DNA of 63,831 bases, filler included, from Aduncisulcus paluster (taxonomy: Eukaryota), in the NCBI GenBank assembly GCA_024181965.1. It is 6 parts of 6 records of this genome, joined end to end, with 100 filler letters (N's around TTAATTAATTAA, not from the genome) between each part and the next. Parts side by side here need not be neighbours in the genome. Positions count along the whole stretch, not along the records: positions 1 to 26,505 come from BQXS01012317.1; positions 26,606 to 38,852 come from BQXS01012322.1; 4 more parts are not named here. The stretch is one strand, 5' to 3'. How positions within the stretch are numbered: position 1 is the first letter of the stretch; every line of letters starts with the position of its first letter. The notes beneath the pieces were generated by a model. That model had not been told where the DNA came from and ran no database searches. It saw nothing but the letters and a program-made list of their open reading frames with translations. Position numbers and translations under genes: made by a program. Below, piece after piece: positions 24,301 to 34,900 of the stretch.

Positions 24301-26505
24301 TTCATCGCCTCTATCGGTGCCTCCGCTGCCCACTCTTGGACTCACCACTTCTCCATGCTCAATCACGCACGTTGGCCACTCCCAGCAATCATTTGCCCAT
24401 ATTATCCAAGCAAATGAGTTTATGTTTCTTCTCATTGAGAACGGAAGGGATGTTACATGTTGTCTCCTCTCCTCTCATCGTCATCGTCCTGCTCCTACCC
24501 TCAAGAAAGAAGGTGGTATGCCACATTTATATGTACAACCACATGCTCACTCTTACATTCATGGATTTACAACCTTCTCACTGACATCTTTCTGTAGTGG
24601 TGTAAAAGATAGGATTAAGAAGATTAGAATAATGCGTGGGAGAGAAGGAGTGGAGTTCAATAAGGAGAATGAGCAAGATTCNNNNNNNNNNNNNNNNNNN
24701 NCAGCAATCATTTGCCCATATTATCCAAGCAAATGAGTTTATGTTTCTTCTCATTGAGAACGGAAGGGATGTTACATGTTGTCTCCTCTCCTCTCAGCGT
24801 CATCGTCCTGCTCCTACCCTCAAGAAAGAAGGTGGTATGCCACATTTATATGTACAACCACATGCTCACTCTTACATTCATGGATTTACAACCTTCTCAC
24901 TGACATCTTTCTGTAGTGGTGTAAAAGATAGGATTAAGAAGATTAGAATAATGCGTGGGAGAGAAGGAGTGGAGTTCAATAAGGAGAATGAGCAAGATTC
25001 AAAGAAAAACGAATCTATACTCGCTTCATCGATTTCTTCGGACGATTCCATGACCCTTTCTTCCTCATACATTACTGTTGTCTTAGAGTCTGGAACAGTT
25101 GTGGTTCTCACAGCTTGTGCTAACCTGTTTGTTCGTGATCCCACTGATGAACAGGTGCTGATTCAGACACAAAAGGAGATGGGGTGTGTGATACACGACG
25201 AAGAGAGAGCGAAAGCCAAAGAGGATCGTAAGCAACGGAGAATCGCGAAACGGAAGAAGATGAAAGAAATGATAAGGAAGAAGAGGGTTTTATCTGAAGC
25301 TGGAAGCATATCATCTTCAGATTCTCCTTATTCTGACGATTCCCTCTCATCTCTTGATTGTTCTGACCCATTGGATATCGATTTTGACACACTTATCCAT
25401 TCTTCAGATTCTCTACTAGCTTTATTCTCTCGCCCTCCTCCAAGAACATCAATTGTGTGTTCTTCTATCCACCTCTCCCCACTCTTGTCGATCCCTCCAC
25501 CGACCCATACCCATACTCTCACCCATGTGTCTCTAAGCACTGCTCAGGGACTCTTGTTCTTATCATACGACTGTGGAAGTGTGAATGTCTGTGATGTTGT
25601 TAGTGGTAAACTCAAGTATATCACTCCCGTTGTGCTTCAGAAAAGCAAGGAACGCACTCTGTCAAATGAACAAGGGGAGCATTTCGAGGGTATTCTTGAC
25701 TCTGAGTTGGAAGCTAGTATTGACTTTGTTCAATCAATTGGCATACATTCGCATTTACCACCAATGTTGGGTGAGCCAGATAAGGCATCAAACAATAATC
25801 CAAATTTCTTCTCGAGATCTATTTTTAGTGATTCAAATCGTCCAATTCTCTCTCGTGCTGGATATGGTATCATCAGAAATAGTAATACTTCATCTTCTCT
25901 TCTTGCAAAACAGGGAGTTTTTCTTGATTTGAATATTCAGAATACTTTCTTGCACATGCTCTATACTTTTATTCAGATTAGAGTGAATCTTGAGCAAGCC
26001 TGTAACGCCCTATCAAAGGAATTGGATGAAGCCAGAGCAACGATTGCCAGTGAAAGCACTCTCAAAGGTATGATGGGTATTTTTGACGCTGTCAGTGAAT
26101 GTACACATAATCTTGCAAATGTTGTCGATGGAAAGAATCCCTTTAGAAAGTCCTCTGCTGCCTCATCGGCAGGATCGTCGCATCAGTCAAGCCCTTCATC
26201 CTCTGAATCATATTCTCCATCACACTCTCACGCCTCTTCTTTTTCGACCAGTGCTATTCTTCAGAGTTCAAATAGCATTTCTCCCTTGCTTGATCTTCTT
26301 GCTTGTACATCTCCCCCATCATCTCTTCCTCCGTTATCCTTCTTCTCGTCAACCTATATTTCCTCTATATCTTCCCTCTGTTCCTCCCTATTGCTCACTC
26401 TTCACTCATTCTTATCAACAAATCTCTGGACAATGATTTTACTCTCACTCTTCGTTCTCTCAGCGAGTTCGTCAAGTGCCTCGGAGATGCTCTGTATGCG
26501 ATACA
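21306..26505 (+). CDS. Large WD40-repeat protein, N-terminus WDR7/WDR72-like; 3' truncated by contig end
   Basis: The spliced N-terminus reads LLTGHRNGIVALW...IPHSIFECGDESEVISL...FLSCHLSGRIESWDV, resembling the first WDR7 blades. The 60-, 1013- and 641-aa ORFs join through intron 21465-21571 and collapse of two gap duplications. Confidence 0.6.
21465..21571 (+). other. Spliceosomal intron, 107 nt
   Basis: GTATGT...TCTTAG. Phase 0 join of a 53-codon exon to the 1013-aa ORF frame. Confidence 0.85.
23177..23780. repeat. Gap-flanking overlap duplication (292 nt x2), assembly artefact
   Basis: 23177-23468 is repeated at 23489-23780 around 20 N. Confidence 0.9.
24383..25000. repeat. Gap-flanking overlap duplication (299 nt x2), assembly artefact
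   Basis: 24383-24681 is repeated at 24702-25000 with one T/G mismatch seen. Confidence 0.9.
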
Positions 26506-26605
26506 NNNNNNNNNNNNNNNNNNNNNNNNNNNNNNNNNNNNNNNNNNNNTTAATTAATTAANNNNNNNNNNNNNNNNNNNNNNNNNNNNNNNNNNNNNNN
26601 NNNNN
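26506..26605. other. Artificial contig linker
   Basis: N44-TTAATTAATTAA-N44 with stops in all six frames. Identical at five places in the window. Confidence 0.97.
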
Positions 26606-27463
26606 TGGCTTGAATTCACTACTATCTCCAAGGGTGGTCTTTGAAGGACCAACGGAGGAACTGGAAGAAGAACTTGTATTGTCTGGAATTCCTCCTGTAG
26701 AGGCGAATAATAGGGAAGAAAACTGCTCGAGAGAGAAGTCAGGTATTGATCCGGAAGAATTGGGATTGGCAAGTGAAAAGGCCTTGGCAGCCGCGAAAGC
26801 AGCAGCGGCAGCAGCCTTTTTCATCTGAATATCCCTCTCTTTTCTCCTGGCAATCTCAAGATCAGCTTGTTTTTCCTCTTCTGATTTACGAGAAACAATA
26901 ACTTGGTATAGAAGCATGAATCCCGCATCTGAATAGTCCCTTTCGCAAACCAATTCCAATTTTCTGACATTATCCGTCCATATTGCAAGCCTACACCATC
27001 CAGAAACCTTATTAATTTGAAAATACTTAGTAACCACTGGATTATCAGTTGTATGAACATTTATGTGGAGATATTCAGGGCATGCGTGACCAGAAAATGT
27101 TTTTATATATACATATTTGATGTATTCTTGCCCGGAAGGAAGTGAAATAACCATTCGTTCGAATCCAAACCATTTCCCGTTGTCACTAATAATAAAAGGG
27201 AGTGTTATGGGCATAAATCCCTGTAAACCCGCTCTTCCAATAACAACCTCAAGATCTTGAACTGATAACCTGATGATGTTGGGCTTAGCGGGCTTTGTTG
27301 TGTAATCCGCTTTCAATCTTGAATAAACAGCTAAGAAATGAAAAGTATCAAAATTTACACAATATTTAAATGAAATATATCGTAAAATTAATATATATAA
27401 ACTCTCATTCACTCTAAAATAAAGAAATGTAAAAAATGATCAATTAAAAGATATCATACACAT
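26606..27463 (-). CDS. Uncharacterised protein with a beta-sandwich (APC10/DOC-like) domain, coiled coil and Ser-rich tail; 3' truncated
   Basis: 284-aa ORF. An ATG-T micro-exon at 27463-27460 splices in frame (MSVYSRL). Beta-strand pattern FERMVISLP..YIKYVYIK..PEYLHINV..GWCRLAI..VRKLELVC. The fold call is inference. Confidence 0.55.
27331..27459 (-). other. Spliceosomal intron, 129 nt, after ATG-T
   Basis: GTATGA...TCTTAG. Splicing gives ATG TCT GTT TAT in frame. Confidence 0.7.
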
Positions 27464-27757
27464 TTTTAAAACAAAAAACAAGAAGTATTTTGAAGAATTT
27501 GAATGAATTCAAGGGGCAAATAACAAAAGAATTCTGTTTTGCAAACAAATTCGAGTTGTTTTCGATTTCGGTGCATTTTATCTCGCGATATTTTTTATCA
27601 AATCGCCGATTAAAAAGATAATGACTAACAATTATTTACTGTAGCGAATTATTAGAAGAGATAAATAACTGCGTGACGTATGTTACTTGATGATCAAGGT
27701 AGGAGAGGTGGAAATCGTGCTTTCTGAATAATAAAATTAATTATAAAATCTTCATTA

Positions 27758-28321
27758 TTACTCAACGAGAGTACATAATTCATCCATCGGAAGAGATGTA
27801 GGCTTAGCAGGATCCTCCATAGCTCCAGTCCCAATGGTAACACCAAGTTGGATCTTCATATCAGCTGGGATTTTGAAGTGCTCGTGGATCTTTTCGTCAG
27901 CATAGCATATAATTCCGAGAGGAACAGTACGGTAACCAAGACTTTGTGCAGCTGTCATAATCATTCCAGCAGCAATACCGGTATCAATTTTTTCAAAGCC
28001 TTCTTCCTCAGCTGGGAGAGAAGCAATCACAATAACGAAACTTCCATCATAAAAGATTGGCTCAGTGATACCAAGAGCTTCACGACGCTTCTCAAGATGG
28101 GGCATCATGGGAGAAATGGCCTTGAAGATATCAAGTCCACATTCCTTAATAATGGAAGGATTGCTAGTGTAATAATAACGTAATTTTTGCAAATTACGTC
28201 CAGTTGGAGCAGAACAGGCAACAGACAAAATCTTCTGGATATCCTCCTCCTTAACGGGCTCTCCACTTAAGTTTCTCACACTTCTACGTTCAAGAATGTA
28301 ATCAACAGTATCTTTAGCCAT
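27758..28321 (-). CDS. FMN-dependent nitroreductase family protein (187 aa)
   Basis: ILERRSVR, ACSAPTGRNLQ, IDTGIAAGMIMTAAQSLGYRTVPLG. The ATG at 28321 follows AT-rich upstream sequence. Confidence 0.92.
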   Translation of the reverse strand: MAKDTVDYILERRSVRNLSGEPVKEEDIQKILSVACSAPTGRNLQKLRYYYTSNPSIIKECGLDIFKAISPMMPHLEKRREALGITEPIFYDGSFVIVIASLPAEEEGFEKIDTGIAAGMIMTAAQSLGYRTVPLGIICYADEKIHEHFKIPADMKIQLGVTIGTGAMEDPAKPTSLPMDELCTLVE

Positions 28322-28906
28322 TGTTATTGGGAATAAAATATTCTGTGTCAGAAAATTATAATGTTTGAGCAAAATAGCTGATGTCATGCAAAAAAAAAAA
28401 ATCCAGCTTAATTTTTTATTTTTGTGGCATTTATATACATTTTGAAATTTAAATTTAGCAACAACATAATGATTTATTTCAATTTTGAAAGCAATTGAAA
28501 AAGACCAAAAAAATAATAAAAATACCGAGAAAATATACGACTTATGAAATCTTCGGGGTTTAAAATCTTTCTTGAAAAAGGTTATTGTGTGCAACTCCAA
28601 TATGAAGTTGAATAATTACATTGTTTGAAACCAAAAAGAAAAAGGATAAAGCCTGAAAATCTGAAATATATATAATTCCTGAAACATGATTAATAAGAAA
28701 AAACATGAAAAATTCAAACAGAAAAAAGACAAAAAAAATTATTTTTTTAACCATGAAGAACGGTCAAGGATGTAATTTGTTTAAAAAGAAATCATAAAAT
28801 CAAATTTCTTTGTAAAGGAAAACCAATTAGATAAAAAATGAAATAGAGAATAAAAATAAAAAAAAAATAAAAACAATATTGAAATATTATATAATATTAT
28901 GGATAA

Positions 28907-31900
28907 TTACATTCCTTGGTTTCCAAGTAGTTTAGAATAGTTAACATAAGAGAAGACGGAAAAATCACGATAACTCTCAGTTTCAGTGAGAGTAACAGGA
29001 GCACCCTCACCAAATTCTGTGTCCCGACGCTCTCTCTCTCTTCGTTCTCTCTCTCTCTTCTCTTCCTTCCCGTATCTCCTGCTGCTCTTTTCCTTCCTTC
29101 TACTGCTGCTCTTCTTCTTGTGCTCACCACTCTGAACAGCTGCCGTGGCTCGTGTACTCACAGAAGTGAACATTTCATCAGTACTTCCCTCGAAATCCAG
29201 CTCTTGCATAGCATCTGGCATGAGAGAGTGCAAAATATCTTCATCCATCTCTCTCTTTCGAGAAAAATGTTCACGATGAGAATGTTTGTGTGACGATTGG
29301 TGCTCTCGTCGACTTATATCAGCATCTCCATGGCCGTGTTTCTTGTGTGAAGAATGTTGATACCCATGTCTTGAAGAAGTATGATGTCTTGATGATTTAC
29401 GTTTCACCCTCTTTCTTGATGAGCTGGAAGAGGATGAGGAAGCCACGTGAGGATGTGATGGATGGTGATGCGATAAGGCTATTGTTCTCTCTTGGTCTTC
29501 AACACAACCCTCATAGGAAGCAGGCTGTTCGGCATACTGGTTGATGGCAGTCAAGAGAGATCCTCCGACATCAGCAAGAGGGGGAGACACTGAGGGCAAG
29601 TGATGAGAATCCACAGCATCAAGAGGCACCATGGTTCCACCCAGCATATGGGCAGGATCGTGCTCTTTGACAGACATATCTTCTTCATATTGCCTACGCT
29701 GAGAAGAATGAGTATGTTGGGGGTGGGAGGAAGAAACAAAGGTTGAAGTGGGATTATGGGAATAAGCAGAGGATGGTATTTCTCTTTCCTCGGGAAGATC
29801 AGGAGAGAAATGTTGAATCTTTGGAACAGCATGCTCGGTTGGGAGATTCTTAGATTTCCGAACCCTTTGTGTTTTCTTCCTTTCACGTCTGGCAAGTTCT
29901 TTTCGGCGTTCTTTCTCTCTTCGCTCTTCGTTCGGAGTGTCAAGATCGAAACTTTGTTTTCCGACTTCTTTCTCATGATTTCCAATATGGGCGACAACTT
30001 CTTTAATCCAAAGTGTCATATCTTTCCCAGAAGCCTCCTCTTCCTCTAGCTTCTTGATCTTCTTTTTATCTTTCTCAAGCTCTTCATCCATCTGAGCTTT
30101 GAAAGGAATAAAAGAGGGTTTCTTACGAACAACTTCATTCCAATTCACATCACGGAACCACAAATGGCTCTTGATCTCAGAAGCATTCTCCCTAGACCCA
30201 ATTCTTTTCTCAGGGTCACGAGTCAACAACTTCTTCACAAGATCACGAGCTTCACGAGAGATCGAGAAGTCTCCTTCAACACAATCTCTAGGGAAAGATA
30301 CAGGTTCTTTCAGGAGTTTCTCAAAGATCTCTTCCTGACTGTCACCTTGGAAAGGTCGATTGCCTGTTAGCATCTCATACATCATTACACCTACACCCCA
30401 CCAATCTACAGCATATCCGTGGCCAATCCTCAGTAAGATCTCGGGAGCTAAATAAAAAGGAGTACCGACACAAGAGAACATTTGAGCCTTGGCATGATCA
30501 GTCTTGCGCTTCTTCTTGGATTTCTTACCTTCTTCAACTTTCTGTCCCTTTAATAATCTCTTTGTACACCTTGCACACAAAAGGATTTCTTGATCAACAG
30601 GTCCTGGGGTANNNNNNNNNNNNNNNNNNNNGGAGTTTCTCAAAGATCTCTTCCTGACTGTCACCTTGGAAAGGTCGATTGCCTGTTAGCATCTCATACA
30701 TCATTACACCCACACCCCACCAATCTACAGCATATCCGTGGCCAATCCTCAGTAAGATCTCGGGAGCTAAATAAAAAGGAGTACCGACACAAGAGAACAT
30801 TTGAGCCTTGGCATGATCAGTCTTGCGCTTCTTCTTGGATTTCTTACCTTCTTCAACTTTCTGTCCCTTTAATAATCTCTTTGTACACCTTGCACACAAA
30901 AGGATTTCTTGATCAACAGGTCCTGGGGTACTTGTCGGGGAAGAACTCGAATCCGAGGAAGAAGAAGAGGAAGGGGCAGAGAAGAGAGCTTCAGAAAGAG
31001 GAGGAGAGAAAGATGAGGGGGAATGGGGACCCTTCTTGGAATCAGACTCACTCTGTCTAATTGCCCGTCCACACAACACGCATTCCATACCACGCTTGGA
31101 TGTGTTCTCATTCTCTACGGATGATGGATCTTTAATCCTGGCCTCCTTTGAGCCGAGATAAGGTTGAAGAATACCAGCAGAATTACGCCTACAGATTCCC
31201 TTTTTAGAGTTCCTGAGCTTATGCTCTGTCCAATTAGGATCTGTTTTACAGATATTCAAGATCTTTTCACGACCTCCTTTCCCCTTGCTTCTCTCTCCTT
31301 CAGATATTGAGAACCCACGCATCCTTGAGCGAGTCCAGTAGACATCAGCTGCACTCTCTTGCTTCACTTCACCTCCTTTGAATGAAGTTCTACTGAGTCC
31401 AAAGTCAGTCAGTTTAATGTGTCCATCATTACCAATGAGAATGTTATCAGGTTTGATATCACGATGGACAACACCATTCTTGTGCAAGTATTCAATGGCA
31501 AGAACAACCTCAGCAATGTACTGTTTGACAATGTTCTCAGGGAGGGCTCCAACGACAGATAGAAGAGAGTGGATACTGCCACCATTGCAATACTCCATGA
31601 CAAAGAATAAGTATTTCCGATTCTGGAATGAATAAAAGAAATCGACAATGAAGCTGTTATCAGTGTTGGCAAGTATCTGCCTCTCTTCTTTCACCCTTTG
31701 GATCTGATTCTTTCTTCTTATATCATTCTTATTGAGCACTTTCATGGCATAGATTCGTCGTGTGATCTTGTGGTACACTTTAACGACAGCTCCAAAACCA
31801 CCACAGTTGATCTCATCAATGAAGAGGAAGTCTTCAATAATGGGCATGTGTCTTGCACTTCGTTTCTTGTTCATGGCAGTCAGTTTCTCGTGAGTATTCA

Positions 31901-34900
31901 TCACAGGAGGGGATTTTCTCTCGGTACGAACAATTTCTTGGTGTGTCGGTGGATGCCGTCTACTGGAATGGTGAGTTCTTGAGGTTTTCTTCTTCTTCTT
32001 ATCACGTTTGGTATCCTTGGGAGCTTTTCTCTCATCCTTCTTGCTATTAACGCTCATGGCAGATCTTCTTCTTCTTCTTGTCTTTATCCTTGGGATCTTC
32101 CTCGTCTTTCAGCCATACGCACCACTCGTCTTCGGGGCCACTCGACTTGCTCATCTGGTCAGGCACAGTCTCAAAATGACCCTTGGGCTTGGGAACAGTG
32201 ATGTCACGAGTCTTTGTACGGCTGGAACGATGAGTCTTGTGTTTCTTGTGTTCAGGACTGAGTGATTTCATGGGGAGTTGTAGGTCAGGGGGATGAATCT
32301 GGTGTTCATTATCAGTGACATTGCTCTTTGGTTTCCCTGAGGAGCTATGTTCAGGACCACTCGATCCCATAGATTTGACTGACTTAGCCTCATTGTTCTT
32401 AAGGGTACGCTTACCAGTAGCAGAAGAGGAAGAGTCACATGTCTTCTTGGTGTGGCTAGTTGTGAGGGGAGAAGTGACAGTGGCTTCATTGTGTTTGGGC
32501 TGACGAGTATCATGGCCAACAGAGGAGTCAATGTAACTTTTGGCTGATAGTGTTTCAGGAAGCAAGGCCGAAGGGTGATCATTAAGTGAAGTAGAAGGGT
32601 CAGAGAGACCCAGACTATCCATGGTCGAGGATTTGATGAACTCACTGCGAAGACGACTCCCTTGCTTCACCACATCATTGCTCTTCTTCTTCATATGGTG
32701 AGGAAGAACAGGAACGGGATCACTGCTATCGGCACCAAGCAGATCCAACAGACCGGCTCCACTGAGAACCTCATCACTGGGTTCATCGTCAAGTGGTGGT
32801 AATGTTATTATTCCTGAAGGAGGTACCATGGCTTCCAGAGAACCGACGACTGGTTTAAGCTTAGCATTATCTTTCTTTACGGTGACTTCATTAGATTTGA
32901 TAGAACTCACCCCCGGTGGAGGTAACATTTCGTGTGTTGAAGCATATGCAATTGATGTAAATGGATCGTTGTCGCCTGAAGAGAGAGGGAGGTGAGATAA
33001 TATAGCCTTGGGTTTAGGGACTGGAGCATGAGGAATATGTTGCTCACGATCTAGGGCATCATCATAACGTTTCTCAAGGGAGAACAGGGCCTTACTTGTC
33101 TCTTGGAGGGTCTCAAGGGTATCCATGTGCTTCCTAGAGGAGTCTTTTCTGGACTTTCTTGAAGATTCAGAGCAAGCATTCACCTTGGCATTGTTATCCT
33201 TGGAGGGCTTTGGTTCAGCTTTAGTCCTTGACATTCTCTGGATATCGTTCTGAAGCTCCTTAATATCGAAAAGATCAGCAGGGAGACGTCTACGATGTCT
33301 ACTTCCACTTCTACTTCCTGGATTAGACAGATGTGACTTACGAGCGATCGTTGAGGACCCACTGAACATGACAGATGAATTGGGTGTGAGAACGTTCGAT
33401 GATGGACGGGTGGATCCAGTACCAGAACTTGCAGTTTGGTACAATCCACTGCCATCGCCCTTGAACTCAACACCACCAAATGATAAACACCTCACGTGAC
33501 CATTCCTACGCCTCGACATGGGAGTTGGACGGGTATCTTCACTCAAACGGTGCAATCTACGAGCACTTGAGTGGTTACTTCCACCACAACTCGAGAGAAA
33601 CTCACGCTCCTCATTCAGTAAGGTAGGAGTGGTTGAAGATGAACGAGAAAGGAATTCCTGACGCATCTTTAGCTTATTCTTGGCAATGAACAGGGCCTGC
33701 ACGAGTAAAGAGTGGGCCAAGGGAGATATATGGAGATGTTTGATGGGATGGTGAGTCATAGAGTCTAGTACGGGGTGTGGGAATGAATAAGTCTGCACTA
33801 TTGAGGTATTTTGCCATGGAGTCCCTTGATTGGTGGGGGGGACAGAAGTCTGCAGTGAAACACAGGCTGATGAAGAGGAAGAGAGGGCGGAGAAGATTTG
33901 TTTGTTTGGCTTGTGGGAATGTGAGTGAGACCTAGAGTGGGTGTTAGAACGCACTCTATCTTTGTCAGCACCGATCAGAACAGATGAGAAAGCGCTGTCC
34001 TCATCCGATTCACTATCATCTCTGATGGTTGTTATAATGTGGATATTACTGCTCTCTTCATCATCTTTATACCTTTGAAGATATGAGGGGGGAGAGTAAC
34101 GGTGAGCATTATTATTGTGACGATGGAAACGAACGACTGAGTTATTGACACGAGGGGAGCATTTCCCTTCATCCACAACCACAGTTTCATCCTCAATGCT
34201 CTCATCAGCAAGACCAGGGGATGTTCCACGGCTAAGTTGTGAAGGATAGTTGGCCTTCACGCCTTCAATTGGACTCTTATCAAAGGAACGATCATCCTCA
34301 CTCAAGTGCATCTCTGACCTATCGTAGTGAATGAAAGGTGACGCTTCTCCTCTCTCAATGGCTTCTTCTCCCCCATCACAGCAGTCACATCCATCACTGG
34401 GAATGTGATTCATCTCTTTCTCTGTCAGCAAGAAGTCAGTGGCACTGGGGATGAGCATATCAGTTGCATGCATTCCAGAGTGACCCTTGAAGGCATCAGA
34501 GACTTCCAGAGGAGGAACAGACTTGGCAGCATCTGAGTCCTCGTCAGAAGCATCACTACTGGAGGACTGCTCATGGCTGCTTCTCAAATGGTCAGTACCG
34601 ACAGATTTGCCCAAGGGTAGAGCACAATGGCGAACAGAAGAGAGTGGAGATGGTTGGTATATCGATGAAGGATCATCGTCAGTAACATCAGTATCATTGG
34701 CATCACCACGAATGTGATCAGAGGGCACAGTGTCATCCGATGAAGGGACAGAGGAGGCAGAGAGAGCGGAAGAACAGGAACCAGAGGCTGTGGCATTATT
34801 AATAGGAGTAGCAACGGAAGGAGGGACTTGAGGTTGGAATGCACTGGGGGTGGAAGTTGAGGGGAGGATTGTAGCATTACTATATTGAGCAATAGAGTGC

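Noticed and set aside
27680..27730. TGATGA...CTGA box C/D-like pair and a small hairpin
   Set aside because: Only about 40 nt apart and lying antisense in the likely nitroreductase 3'UTR. Too short for a snoRNA.
28322..28600. 93-aa N-terminal extension (targeting peptide) on the nitroreductase
   Set aside because: It starts at TTG and runs through AT-rich homopolymer tracts. The family domain begins at ATG 28321.
32080..32120. Tiny GT-AG introns explaining the kinase frame breaks (a 37-nt GTATGG..AAAG here, 25 nt at ~35352-35376)
   Set aside because: Purine-rich, much shorter than the 98-144 nt AT-rich introns seen, and the sequence reads as natural coding. Disfavoured but not excluded without RNA data.
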